Origin: Dehalococcoidia bacterium
GTDB taxonomy: Bacteria > Chloroflexota > Dehalococcoidia > Bin125
DNA length: 64,000 nt
NCBI GenBank assembly: GCA_963662615.2
Contig: CAXXSR010000001.1
Coordinates: 1,632,001-1,696,000 of the forward strand
Direction of reading: 5' to 3'
Shown: in pieces, positions 20,025 through 30,744 of the stretch
Layout: each line of letters opens with the position of its first letter
Position numbering within the stretch: the first letter of the stretch is position 1
Made by a program: the position numbers and the translations under genes
Notes under the pieces: model-generated
Databases searched by the model: none
Seen by the model: only the letters and a program-made list of their open reading frames with translations
What the model was told of the DNA's origin: nothing

Positions 20025-21572
20025 GTCTACCAGGGCGACTACGAGGGTCGACGCGACCTTGCGGTCGCGGAGGCCACGTTCGAGGCGATGGCGGGCGGCG
20101 AAGAGATCATCTACCAGGGCGTGCTCCGCGATGCCGAGACCCGCACGTGGGGCTCGCCGGACTTTCTGGTCCGATCGGACGTGTTGCAGCGACTGTTTCC
20201 GCGTTCGCTGTCCGAGGAGGGCGCTGCGATGGGCGCGCCTGATCTCGACGCCGGATGGCACTACCGCATCGTTGACTCCAAGTTCGCCACGCTGACCCTC
20301 CTCGCCGGCGGCGACCTCGGGAACACTGGGTCGGCGCCGGCGTACAAGGTCCAGGTCTTCATCTACAATCGCGCGCTCGGTCGCCTCCAAGGATACGAAC
20401 CGCCCGAGGCGTTCTTGCTCGGTCGCGGGTGGCAGCAGCGCATCCGTGGGGAAACGACGCGCGTGCTGAACTGCATGGATCGACTCGCCCCGGTTTCACA
20501 GGACTATGCGTCGCCCGCACGCGGTTCCCTGACAGTCCAAGCCGAACAGGCTGCGGCGTGGCTCCGGCTGATGCGCAAAGAGGGTGGGAAATGGGACGCC
20601 GCACCGGAACCGACCGTCGACGAGCTTCGAGTCAACGCGAAGGCAGACTCGGCGCCTTGGTCGGCAGCTGTGGGGGAGATTCTGCAGCAGACCGAAGACC
20701 TCACCGTGCTTTACCAGGTCGGCCCGAACAAACGGGCACACGCGATCGCCCTAGGCGTCAGCCGCTGGCGCGAGCATTCCTTGTCAAGCGAGACCGTGGG
20801 CGTCACGGGCGACACGCTCGGCCCCCGTCTGCAGGCACTGCTCGATGTGAATCGTGAAGCCGGGAGTCCACCCGTGCAGCCGGAGCGCGTCCAAGCTGCG
20901 CGCGATGTGTGGATCGACGAGCCAAGCCTCGAATTCTACGTTGACTTCGAAACCGTCAGCAGCCTCGATGACGATTTCAGTCGTCTGCCAGATCGGGGTG
21001 GGCAAGAGCTGATCTTCATGATCGGCTGTGGCCATCTCGAGGAAGGGGACTGGAGCTATACGTGCTTTGTCGCCGATCGACTGAACGAGTCAAACGAAGC
21101 GGACGCCATCAACCGCTGGTTCGCGCACATGCGGAAGGTCCGGGAGCGTCTCGGAGTCAGCTTCGATCCCCTGGTCGTCCACTGGTCGCCAGCTGAGCCG
21201 CGATGGCTCGAAAGGGATTGGTATGCCGCGTTCCAGCGGCACCGACAGCATGCCTGGCCGTCACCGAACTGGTTCGACTTCCTCGGTCGCGTCGTTCGTG
21301 AGGAACCCGTGGTTGTCCGTGGCGCGCATGGCTTCGGACTGAAGGAATTGGCGAACGCCATGCAGACGCTCGGCCTGATCGATGCACAGTGGCGCGACGG
21401 CCCGGCCGACGGACTTGGCGCGATGGTCGGCGCCTGGTGGTGCGAGACCCAGGCCGCCGAGCACGCGCAAGTCCTCCTTGAATTCGATTTGATGCGGGAA
21501 ATCCGCGCCTACAACGAGGTCGACTGCCGGGCGATGATGGAGATCGTGCGCTACCTGCGCGCGCACCACTAG
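20025..21572 (+). pseudogene. TM0106-family RecB-like nuclease with RNase H-like domain, N-terminus truncated by IS
   Basis: PDFLVR...IVDSK...Q..IY; YVDFE; FGLK; YNEVDC; frame is open right up to the IS end. Confidence 0.7.
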
Positions 21573-23680
21573 GACAGGCCCGAGCTCGGATGGGCCCCAG
21601 TCTGGAGTGCTTGCAGATCGTCTAGGAACTCCGACGTGGGCTGGACGCCGGTCACAAGCAACTGGTCTCGCGCGCGCGTACAAGCGACGTAGAGGAGATG
21701 GCGTTCGGTGTTGTACACGTCCTCAAGGTCCGCCTCGTCGGTGATGGCCTCGATACGAGGTTGCGATGGAATCACCTCGTCGTCACACGCAAGCACAGCA
21801 ACGTTCCGGAACTCGAGCCCCTTGGCGAGGTGCATCGTGCAGATGGATATCGATCCCGACTCGCCATCGTTGGCGCCATCGAGGACCGTTCCTTGAAGGT
21901 TCGCCTCTTCCGCCGCGGCTAACGCGCGGTCCATCTCGAGCTTGGAGCGCACGATGATGCCCATGCCGTCGGGAGGGACACCGTCGCTAAGGCGATCCCG
22001 CAGCCAAGCCCCGACGAATCGGGACTCTTCCGCATGTGACGCGAACGTGGTGATCATGGGGAAGGGTCCATTGAAGGCGGAAACCGTCCCGCGGCGCTGT
22101 TCGCTGTTGCCGTCGACATCGCTGAGCTCAGGCGGGAGGAGCAGATCGGCCTGTCGTCGGATTTGATGCGACGTGCGGTAGTTAAGCCGCAGGGTGTGCG
22201 ACCGCCCCCGCACATGGACGCCAAGCGAGCGCCAAGAGAACGGCGTCTGAAAGATGCGCTGACCAAGGTCACCGGCGAAGAAGAGTGAGTTCGGGCGATC
22301 GCCCGCCAGGGCGGCCAGGAACCGCAACTGCGGTCCTCCGATGTCCTGTGCCTCATCGACGACGGCGGCGTCGAACGGTCGCACGTCGCTCGCCAGGAGA
22401 TGTTCAGTCGCCCAGGCGAACACGCCCGGCAACGTAATCAGCTCACGATTCTTAAGGTCAGCTCGAACGCGCTCGAAGATCGACCAGAGCAGTTCGCGTT
22501 GCTTCTCACCGATTCGTGTCCTTCGACCCAGGCGTGCGACGTCTCGGTAGTCCTCCCAGGTCGAGAGCTGCCAGGCATCTACCACCTCGTGCCACTCCGC
22601 CTCGAGGAAATGGTCAGCGAAGCGGTGTTCCTTGGCGGCCTTAGACGCCGCCCCTATGAGCGACGCAATGTCGGCATCGGACGCCAGGACCGCTTGTCCG
22701 AGAGCTGACGCGTAGAGCTCGAGTGCCACGCGGTCGATGGCGCGCACGGTGATTTGACCCCGCACCTCCGGCTCGCCGCCGACGAGGAGATCGAGCTTCC
22801 GCTCAAGTAGGCTCGCGAGTGTGTCGCTAAACGTCGTGAGCAGCACGCGTGCGGGGGGATCGGAACGCGCCAGATGATCGGCGCGGTGGAGAGCCACCAC
22901 GGTCTTACCCGTCCCGGCCGAGCCCGACACCCGAGCGGGCCCACCATGCTCACGTTCGACGACGCTCCACTGCGCGGGATGGAGGAACACCAGCCACTTC
23001 TCCCACGGATACTCGAGGGCACGCTCCAGCTCCTCGACGTTCGTCGTGAGGCGGAAGCGTCGCTGTGCGTCCGGATGGGAGAAGGGGTCGGCATCGGCGG
23101 CCACGACGACCGGCACGCGGGGGGTTCCGCCCGTGGCCAGCTCGAGCAGGGCCTCCGCGGCCTCGGCGGGGAGGTGGTCCGCGATGTCGAAGAGCGTGTC
23201 CTCAGTATCGGCGCGGACATCGTTGAGCCACTCAGGCGGGACGCCGTAGCCGAGCAAGTCGTCTTCAGGGGTGTCGGAAAACAGGGGCGCTAGAGCAGGT
23301 TTGGCTTCGGGCTCCGCCGCGACGTAGGCGGGAATCTCGATTTCGCGCACGGTCTCGCGGATTTCGACGATCTGAGCGGCGCCCGTGGTCGGGTGGCGCT
23401 CCAGCTTTCGACGCTCCGCCCAGCGGTAGGCGGCGTCGTGGTGGCTCACGTAACAGAGAAGGACGCTCGCGTCGGTCCGGTGCACGATCAGCCGAACGTC
23501 GCGCCCGACGCGCGCCGACCAGAAATTCTTGTCCCGGGCGGCGCCGAGGCGATGGAGTTGGATACCCGGGCTCGCGGGATTGAGCTGGAGATCGAAGGCG
23601 GTCGTCTTGACGGCCTTCTGCTCGTCGGCGGTAAGCCGCGCCAAGCTGGCGGTGAACGTGTCGGCGATTCGGAACTCCAT
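21569..23680 (-). CDS. SF1 UvrD-like helicase with N-terminal RelE/ParE-like domain
   Basis: GSAGTGKT, VDEAQD, GDLGQRI, NYRT, AKGLEF, LYVACTRAR; N-terminal FWSARVGRDVRLI. Confidence 0.85.
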   Translation of the reverse strand: MEFRIADTFTASLARLTADEQKAVKTTAFDLQLNPASPGIQLHRLGAARDKNFWSARVGRDVRLIVHRTDASVLLCYVSHHDAAYRWAERRKLERHPTTGAAQIVEIRETVREIEIPAYVAAEPEAKPALAPLFSDTPEDDLLGYGVPPEWLNDVRADTEDTLFDIADHLPAEAAEALLELATGGTPRVPVVVAADADPFSHPDAQRRFRLTTNVEELERALEYPWEKWLVFLHPAQWSVVEREHGGPARVSGSAGTGKTVVALHRADHLARSDPPARVLLTTFSDTLASLLERKLDLLVGGEPEVRGQITVRAIDRVALELYASALGQAVLASDADIASLIGAASKAAKEHRFADHFLEAEWHEVVDAWQLSTWEDYRDVARLGRRTRIGEKQRELLWSIFERVRADLKNRELITLPGVFAWATEHLLASDVRPFDAAVVDEAQDIGGPQLRFLAALAGDRPNSLFFAGDLGQRIFQTPFSWRSLGVHVRGRSHTLRLNYRTSHQIRRQADLLLPPELSDVDGNSEQRRGTVSAFNGPFPMITTFASHAEESRFVGAWLRDRLSDGVPPDGMGIIVRSKLEMDRALAAAEEANLQGTVLDGANDGESGSISICTMHLAKGLEFRNVAVLACDDEVIPSQPRIEAITDEADLEDVYNTERHLLYVACTRARDQLLVTGVQPTSEFLDDLQALQTGAHPSSGLS

Positions 23681-23691
23681 ACGACGCCAGG

Positions 23692-26501
23692 CTAGTCGAC
23701 GCGAAAGACCTTCATCACCTCGTCGCCGAGGTGGTTAATGACCTTGACCGCGATGCGTCCCGAGGCCGGTTTGTCGAAGGGGCGGGAGAGATCGCTGTGC
23801 AGCGTCTCCCACGCCTCCTCGTTGATCTCCGCCTTGAGGGTGGTCTTGAGCGCCTTGTGGGGTCGTTGGCGCCAAGGAAGTAGGCGTGGCGGACGAAAAA
23901 GCTCTCCTCGTTGTAGTCGGTGTCGATGAACCAGCAGGCGATGCCGTCCGGGCCGTCGCTGCGGACCTCACCGGTGCTGGGGTGGAAGACGTCAACGCCG
24001 TTGACCTTGACCTGGATCTGATCCCCTTCGGCGTTCAGGATGTCGAGGTCCGGCTCGCCGAAGATGACGAAGAGGTTGCCCATGCCGGTGTTCTTGAGCT
24101 CGCCGGCCATGTGCAGGTCCGCGTTCATGCGCGCCTTCAGGACGGGGACGCGGCCGAGCTTATTGAACTCCGACGCCAGCGCCTCGTAGTTGAAGGCGCA
24201 GCTGATGAGCACGTCGAAGTCCGCTTCGGCAGCCTCCCGGGCAGCCTGCACGAGGTCCGGGCGCGAGACGGTGCCAAACTCCGGGCCGATCAAGATCGCG
24301 GCGCGCTTTTCCGTGCCGCCCTCGTAGTCGTTCTCGGGGTCGCCGCCTTCGACATAGCGGCCCTCCGCGCCGACCATTTCACCCGGCCACGGCGTGAGCG
24401 ACGAGAAAACGATCTTGTCCTCCTTGTGGGCCTGCTGTACCCCGGCTGTGCGTAGGTTCTCCAGGATCACGCTGGCGAAGTCCTGCGACTCGCCGTAGCC
24501 GAGCCGGGCCTCTGCGACGTTGTCGATCAACTCATCTTCCTCGTCGACGCCCAGCATGCGGTGCGGCGAGACGCTCTCGACCGTGAACGGCCCGGCGACG
24601 CGCACCTTGCGCTTGTCCTCGTAGGGCTTGTCGTAGAGGTACTCGTCGTCGGCCTTGGCGGCGATAGAGGCGTCGATTGCCTGCTGGCGGGCGATGCGCT
24701 GCTCCCACCACTGCGCGTGGAGTTGTTTCGCTGTCGCTTTCCAGGCGTCGTCCGCCTCGCGGGGGATCTCCCACTCCTCCCAGGACTCGTCGAGCGCCGC
24801 GTTGAGCTGCTCCCGCAGCGGTTCGAGGGTCTCCTGGTAGGTCTCCCAAATCACGTCGATCTCGGCGTTGTTGGCGATCGATTTGAGGGTGATATGGGGG
24901 ATGCGCGCGTAAACGAAGCCTTGGCGCACGTCGTTGGCGGTGGGAGCGTCGGAGGGGATGGTATGCGTCACCTCTGCCTCCTTCTGCTGGCCGTCTTCGG
25001 AGTCGGCGAGGAGGTAGTAGGGGTAGCGAGCGCCCATGACGCGGGCACGCGCCAGCGCCAGTGCAACCCGCGATGTGTCGATCGTGATCCAACGGCGACC
25101 CCATTGCTCAGCGACATATGCCGTAGTCCCGCTTCCGCAAGTCGGGTCGACCACGAGGTCACCAGGGTCAGTAGTCATCAGAATGCATCGCTCAGCAAGC
25201 CTTTGCGACGTCTGGACGATATATGTCTTCTGCTCTGTAAAACCTGTCGCGAGCACATCATCCCAGACATTCGCGATGGGGTAGACCGAAAAGTCAGACA
25301 GGTGCCGCCTATACATCAGAGAGTTCCCGATCGGCTTGAGCCGGAAGGCCCTGTCTAGCCGGCCCATGCCGCGGATGTTCGTCTTCCATCCACCCCGAGC
25401 GACACGGAACTCTCTCCCAGCGGCGGTGTATGAATATCTGGTTGACTCTCCTCCCGATTGGCTAGACAGATTGTCGGCTGCGAATGCTACGCCTAGCGGT
25501 TCACTGCCTCTGCCAATCCGCGACTCTTGCAGGTCTGCAGACAACTGCCAGACGTACTGTGTGGTCCCTGCCTCGCCAAGCTTCTTCGGCCTGTATAGCC
25601 GACGATACTTCAGCGCGCTTCTGTCTTTAGCGTATAGGAGTACATAGTCTGCCACCGCTGCTAGGTATTGCGATGTCTGGCTGCTCGTCTTCACGCAGAC
25701 GGCATCTGCTATGTGATTCTCGGCTCCGAAGACTTCATCCATCACGGCCCGCACTCGGTGGACGTTCTCGTCCCCAATCTGCACAAACACCGAGCCCGAG
25801 TCGGCGAGGAGGTCGCGGGCGATCTCAAGGCGGTCACGGAGGTACGACAGGTAGGAGTGGATACCGTCGCGCCACGTGTCGCGGAACGCCTTCACCTGCT
25901 CCGGCTCGCGGGTGATGTGGTCGGCCTTGCCGTCGCGCACGTCGCGGTTGGTGGTGGACCACTGGAAGTTGGAGTTGAACTTGATCCCGTAGGGCGGATC
26001 CAGGTAGATGCACTGGACCTTGCCGCGCAGCCCCTCGCGCTCGGCGAGCGAGGCCATGACCTGGAGGCTGTCGCCCAGGATCATGCGGTTGGTCCAGTTG
26101 GCATCGTGCTGGTAGAACTCCGTCTTGGCGTCGCTGTCCTCCAAGCCGTTGAAGTCCGCGAAGAGGTCGGTTTGAAATCCCTCAGCGAGCCTCTCCGCTT
26201 CGCTGGGCTCACTGCGTCGCATGAGGTCGTCGACTAAGATCTTGGGATGCACCTTCTCCTGGATGAACAGCGGCGGCGCTTGCACGACCAGGTCAAAGGC
26301 GTCCTGTTCGTCCTTGCCGCGCCAGACGAGCTGCGGATCGAGGTCGCGGTTGCGACGTTCGTAGGCAACCTGGATCGGGCTCTGCTGATCCTCATTCATG
26401 ACCGGCTCGAGCTCGGCCGTGGGGATGTTTGGCCGCTTCGCGTCGTCGTGCTTGAAGGTCGCGACCTGCTTGCGCTTCTTCGGCTGCGCGCGCCTAGCCA
26501 T
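23692..26501 (-). pseudogene. mod: type III RM Mod methyltransferase with 1-bp deletion near 23859
   Basis: DPPY, DPTCGSGTT; restoring one T gives NDPYKALKTTLKAEI...KVINHLGDEVMKVFRVD*. Confidence 0.85.
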
Positions 26502-29500
26502 CGCCGCCTCCTGTTGCTGTTGCTTCTGCCGCCGCAGCGGGCGCCGCCGCCGCCCCCTCAATCATGGTGCCGAAGTTCGACTCGACCTTGGCTTCGAAGT
26601 CGGGTTCGATCTCATACGCGTCGGTGAACTCGGCAAAGGCCCAACGCCCGTAGATGCCGAGGTTGTTGACGCCCGGCACCCAGTAGGTGTCCATCGTGGC
26701 CTTCTTCTCCTTCGCGTCCTCGCGCCGGTAGCCCTTGATCTCGACGACGAGATGGAGGAGGTCATCCTCGCCGTGCCCGTCGTCGACGAGGACGATGAAG
26801 TCCGGGATGTAGGAGCGGGAGTCCGAGCCGAACCTGTAGGGCACCTCGAGCCCGAGATTGTGGTTCTTCACGTAAGCGCGCACGCGCGCGTGGTTCTCCG
26901 CCACGCGACAGAATTCGGCCTCCCAGCCGCTGTCGTAGACCACCCAGTTAACGTGGCAGCGACGGGCGTCGGTCGGCCAGCGGCTGTCCCGCGACGTGAC
27001 GAAGTTCACGTACCGCGTCGATCCGGTCGGGTTGTACGGATCGAGCACCGCCAGGATCGGCGTCGTGTCCATATGGCTACTGACGATGCCTCGCGTGATG
27101 CGCTCGCAGGCCATGTCGGCGAGCACCTGGTACATGAGCTGCGCCGGATACGTGCCGCCCTTGCAGACAAGGTGCTCATCGAGCCACTACTTCGTGATTC
27201 GCTTGAGCTGGCCGAAGAGGTGCAACTTGGGCTCTTCCCCGGGGTCGCGCCACTTGGTTTCGATGAGGCGCTTGGTGAGGCGGAAGATGAGGCTCGAGCG
27301 GCGGAAGTCCTCCAAATGGTCGAGGTCCAGTTCGACCGACTCGCCAATGATGCCCTGATTCTACGTGATCGAGGGTCCGACGATGTCCGGCGTCAGCTCG
27401 AGCGTCGCGTCCTCGTTGAACTCGGCGGTCAGGCGTTCGTCCGGGAGTTCAACGCGATAGCCCTCGACGCGCGGGAAACGAATCTCGAGGTGGTTGCGGT
27501 CCGGACTGATCGCCGTGACTTGCACCGTCGGGCGAGGCGGCACCACCTTGGCGACGACCGGCTTGGCCGTGAAGGCAAAGGGGATGCCCAGGATGTCCGC
27601 GTACTCGACGTGGAAGCGTTCCTCTTCGTCGACCTCGTAGGACTGCCGCCGCAGCGCGCGACCGATCACCTGCTCGCAGAGCAGCTGCGTCCCGAAGGCG
27701 CGCACGCCCAAAACGTGCGTGACCGTGTTCGCGTCCCATCCCTCGGTCAGCATCGAGACCGAGACCACACAGCGAATCGATTCGCCGAGCTGGCCCTTCT
27801 TGCCCACGGTGTTCATCACCTCGCGCAGCAAGTCCTCGTCGCTGAGGTTGTCGGCCTCGCGTTGATCGCCGGTCCGCTGGATGATCTCGCGGCGGAAACG
27901 CTCGATTTCGGTAGCGGCCATCTTGCGGAATCTGGAATCGAGGGCATCGCCCGATTCAAGTTGCTCGCTGTCAATGAGCAGCGTGTTGGGGCGACCGAGC
28001 TGGTTGCCGTGCTCATCGAAGTTGTCGAACAAGGTGAGCCGGCCGTTGACGGGCGCCGTCGTCCCATCGTCGTTCTCGCGGTAGAAGCCGGAGATGTAGT
28101 CGTAGACGAGCTTCGAGGTGGACGTGTTGTTGCAAACCACGATGAAGCAGGGCGGTATCTCGATGCCGTCCGCCTCCCAGCGTTCGTACGTCTCCACGTA
28201 GTGGCCGTAGAGGGCCTCGAGCGCGGTCGAGAGCTCGGCGGGAATGCTGAGAGGGTCGAGCGGTCCGCTTTTGCCACGTCCCTTCTTTGGCATCCGGGTG
28301 CCGATGTGCTCCCAGAGGTTGCGGAACATGGGCATGTCCTCGCCCGGAATGTTGTCGGCGACCGGTACGCGGGGGAGCTTCACGATGCCGCACTCGATCG
28401 CGTCCATGAGCGAGAAGTTGCACATGGTACAGGGGAACAAGGTGCCCTCCGCGTAGCCGGAGCCGCGCAGGAAGAACGGGGTGGCGGACAGGTCGAGGAC
28501 GCGCTGCACGCCGAGCTTCTGCGTCACCGCCTCGAGGCCCGAGATCCAGACGCGCGCGGCCTCGGTGTTCTTCGCGGCCTCCTTGCGATCGTCGCCCTTG
28601 AGCGTCCCCTCATCGTCATCTCCGAGCTTCTCGCGGTAGCAGTGGTGCGCCTCGTCATTAAGCACCAAGATGCCCTTCATGCCCATGAGCTCCGGCAGGA
28701 CCCGCTGGAGCATCTGCCCCTCAGTCTCACGCGTCTGCAGCTCAGGGCCGCGCCCTTTCAGGAGCCGGCGTCCGCCAGCCGAGAGCTCCGTCGTCTCGCG
28801 CAACATGAAGGCGTGGTAGTTCGTGATGACGATCTGGGCGCGCTCGACGTCGCGCTTCATCTCGGGTGGCACGAGTTCGCGGCTTGTGTAGTAGGCGTCC
28901 GGGTCGTTGGGTTGCAGGACGCGGAGCCGGTCCCGGATCGTAATCCCGGGCGCGACGACGAGGAAGCCGCGGGTGAACTTCTTGCTGTTGGGGCGGCGAA
29001 TGGCGTTGACCGTCTGCCAGGCGATGATCATCGCCATGACGGTGGTCTTGCCCGTGCCGGTCGCGAGCTTCAGGGCGAGCCGGGGCAGACCCGGATTCGA
29101 CAGCTCGTTCGCACCGTCCAGATGGTCCAAGAACGTACGGCCCACCTTGCCCAGTTTCGGCGCCACTTCGGTCAGCCAAATAACCGTCTCGACGGCCTCG
29201 ACTTGGCAAAAAAAAGGACGGATGCCGCTGAAGCGGTGATGGCGCCAGTGCTTGAGCAAACGTGCGGTCTCTGGTGTGACATGCCAGTTCGCCTCGGGAG
29301 ACTCGCGCCACCGATCCACCTGCGTGCGCAGGGCGTTGATGATGGGCGTGGGGTCGTACTGCTGCGCCTCCGTCGAGAGGCCCTTGCCTTCGTCCAAGAC
29401 GAGCGGGCGCTGTTCGGCCGCCTGACGTCCCCGCCGCGGCTTGGGAATCGGCGTGATGAACTCCGCACTGCGGCGGAGGTCGAGGATGCGGTTGGTGGGT

Positions 29501-29592
29501 TGCCCGTCGTCGAGCTCCCAATGGCGAGCGGGGTAGGCGTAGGGAGAGTTCAGGATCGGCTGCTCGAAGAAGTCAACGGCCATGCTTGACAC
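26494..29592 (-). pseudogene. res: type III RM Res subunit with two in-frame TAG stops (27361-27363, 27187-27189)
   Basis: LATGTGKT, DEAHH, SAT, EGWD; C-terminal PDF...VEIKG nuclease in the same frame after the stops. Confidence 0.85.
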
Positions 29593-29662
29593 CCTATATC
29601 CGCGAGCCGCCCCGACCCATGCTACTCATGCACCAGCGCGTCGTCGCGGCCACTTGGCGAGT

Positions 29663-29866
29663 CTAAGCCATGCGCTTCATTCCGGTCGGGCGCCGCCCAG
29701 ATGCGGATAAGTTTCTGGTTCCTTCCGCCGCTGCCATCCCGATCATCTCCGGCACCCGCTGTTCCAGCTCCTCCGCGAGGATGTGGTCGATGTACCGCTG
29801 CGTCACCGTGATGCTGGAGTATCCCAGCAGCCGAGCCACCTCGTGGATCTCGAGCCCCGACCTCAA
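29663..29866 (-). pseudogene. C-terminal fragment of a tyrosine recombinase
   Basis: EVARLLGYSSITVTQRY (box II-like). Confidence 0.6.
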
Positions 29867-29878
29867 CCAGCGCCACGC

Positions 29879-30361
29879 TCATTCGGGAAGCGCCCGATGA
29901 TTCACGAGCCAAGTCACCCGATCCATCAGCCAATGCTTCCGTCGCCGGGGAACGCCAACCTCCACGTACGCCACATGGGTCTTGCTGATCCGCGCCATCC
30001 AGAGACCCATGGGCCCGTCGGGGGCCTTCCCGCCGTCGCTGGGCTGGATGTCGAGCGAGTCATCCAGCAGCATAGGGTTCTTGTGAATCCACTGGCCGAC
30101 GGGTGATCGCCAGAATGCTTTCAGGTGCGCCGCCTTACGCTGTTCCCGTTGTGCTTTTTTCCATCGGTCCGTCCGCCCAGCGATGAACTCGTCGCTGTGC
30201 CGTTTGCGCACTTCCATCCCAATGAGGCCGATGACGCAGGCCGCGATGATCAGCCCGCCGATCGTCCCGATCAGAATGTCCGCGCGCGAGGGTTCCATCA
30301 GGAACCCCCCCGCCAGGAAGGCAATGGCTGCCACGAGAACGGCGACCAGGACACCCTGCAT
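29879..30361 (-). CDS. hypothetical membrane protein
   Basis: Two N-terminal hydrophobic helices. Confidence 0.4.
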   Translation of the reverse strand: MQGVLVAVLVAAIAFLAGGFLMEPSRADILIGTIGGLIIAACVIGLIGMEVRKRHSDEFIAGRTDRWKKAQREQRKAAHLKAFWRSPVGQWIHKNPMLLDDSLDIQPSDGGKAPDGPMGLWMARISKTHVAYVEVGVPRRRKHWLMDRVTWLVNHRALPE

Positions 30362-30490
30362 CCCGTCAGGCTAGCCATCCTTGGGCTAAAAGTGGATATA
30401 ATTCCCCTATACAAGGCCCCACCGAACGGGCTGCTGGACGGCATCCACGGACGGGTGACTACAGCCCAAGCTCATTGCTGCCGCCGTGCG

Positions 30491-30561
30491 GAACACGCGC
30501 CGAGAGCTGCAAGCTCAAACGGTGCCCACGCCACGCGACTTCACGCGGATCGCACGCGACG
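30491..30561 (+). repeat. 71-bp copy of serine recombinase gene segment 51876-51946
   Basis: 68/71 identity by manual alignment. Confidence 0.9.
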
Positions 30562-30744
30562 CCGGTCCAGTACTCTGGGACATCCTTGCTGGGCGTCCCC
30601 CCACTGACCGCTCTCGCGAGAAGTCCCATTCGGCGCTGGTCCCAATGCGCCGGGGTCTCCCCCAACCACTCGACGCCGGAGTTCTTTGTACTCGGAGTAG
30701 GGCTTCCAGCGGCTCGCAGCCGCCTCAGCGTCGCTATCGCTCAT
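30562..30744 (-). pseudogene. hsdS: type I RM HsdS N-terminal remnant
   Basis: WKPYSEYK/(frameshift)SGVEWLGETPAHW...SGGTPSKDVPEYW. Confidence 0.75.

Noticed and set aside
10405-27363. Island-wide TAG-to-Gln recoding (genetic code 15)
   Set aside because: Only three internal TAGs seen; several genes, including dnaN, end normally at TAG; other frameshifts show general decay.
26398-29589. 1063-aa plus-strand ORF
   Set aside because: Antisense shadow of res in GC-rich DNA; no recognisable motifs.
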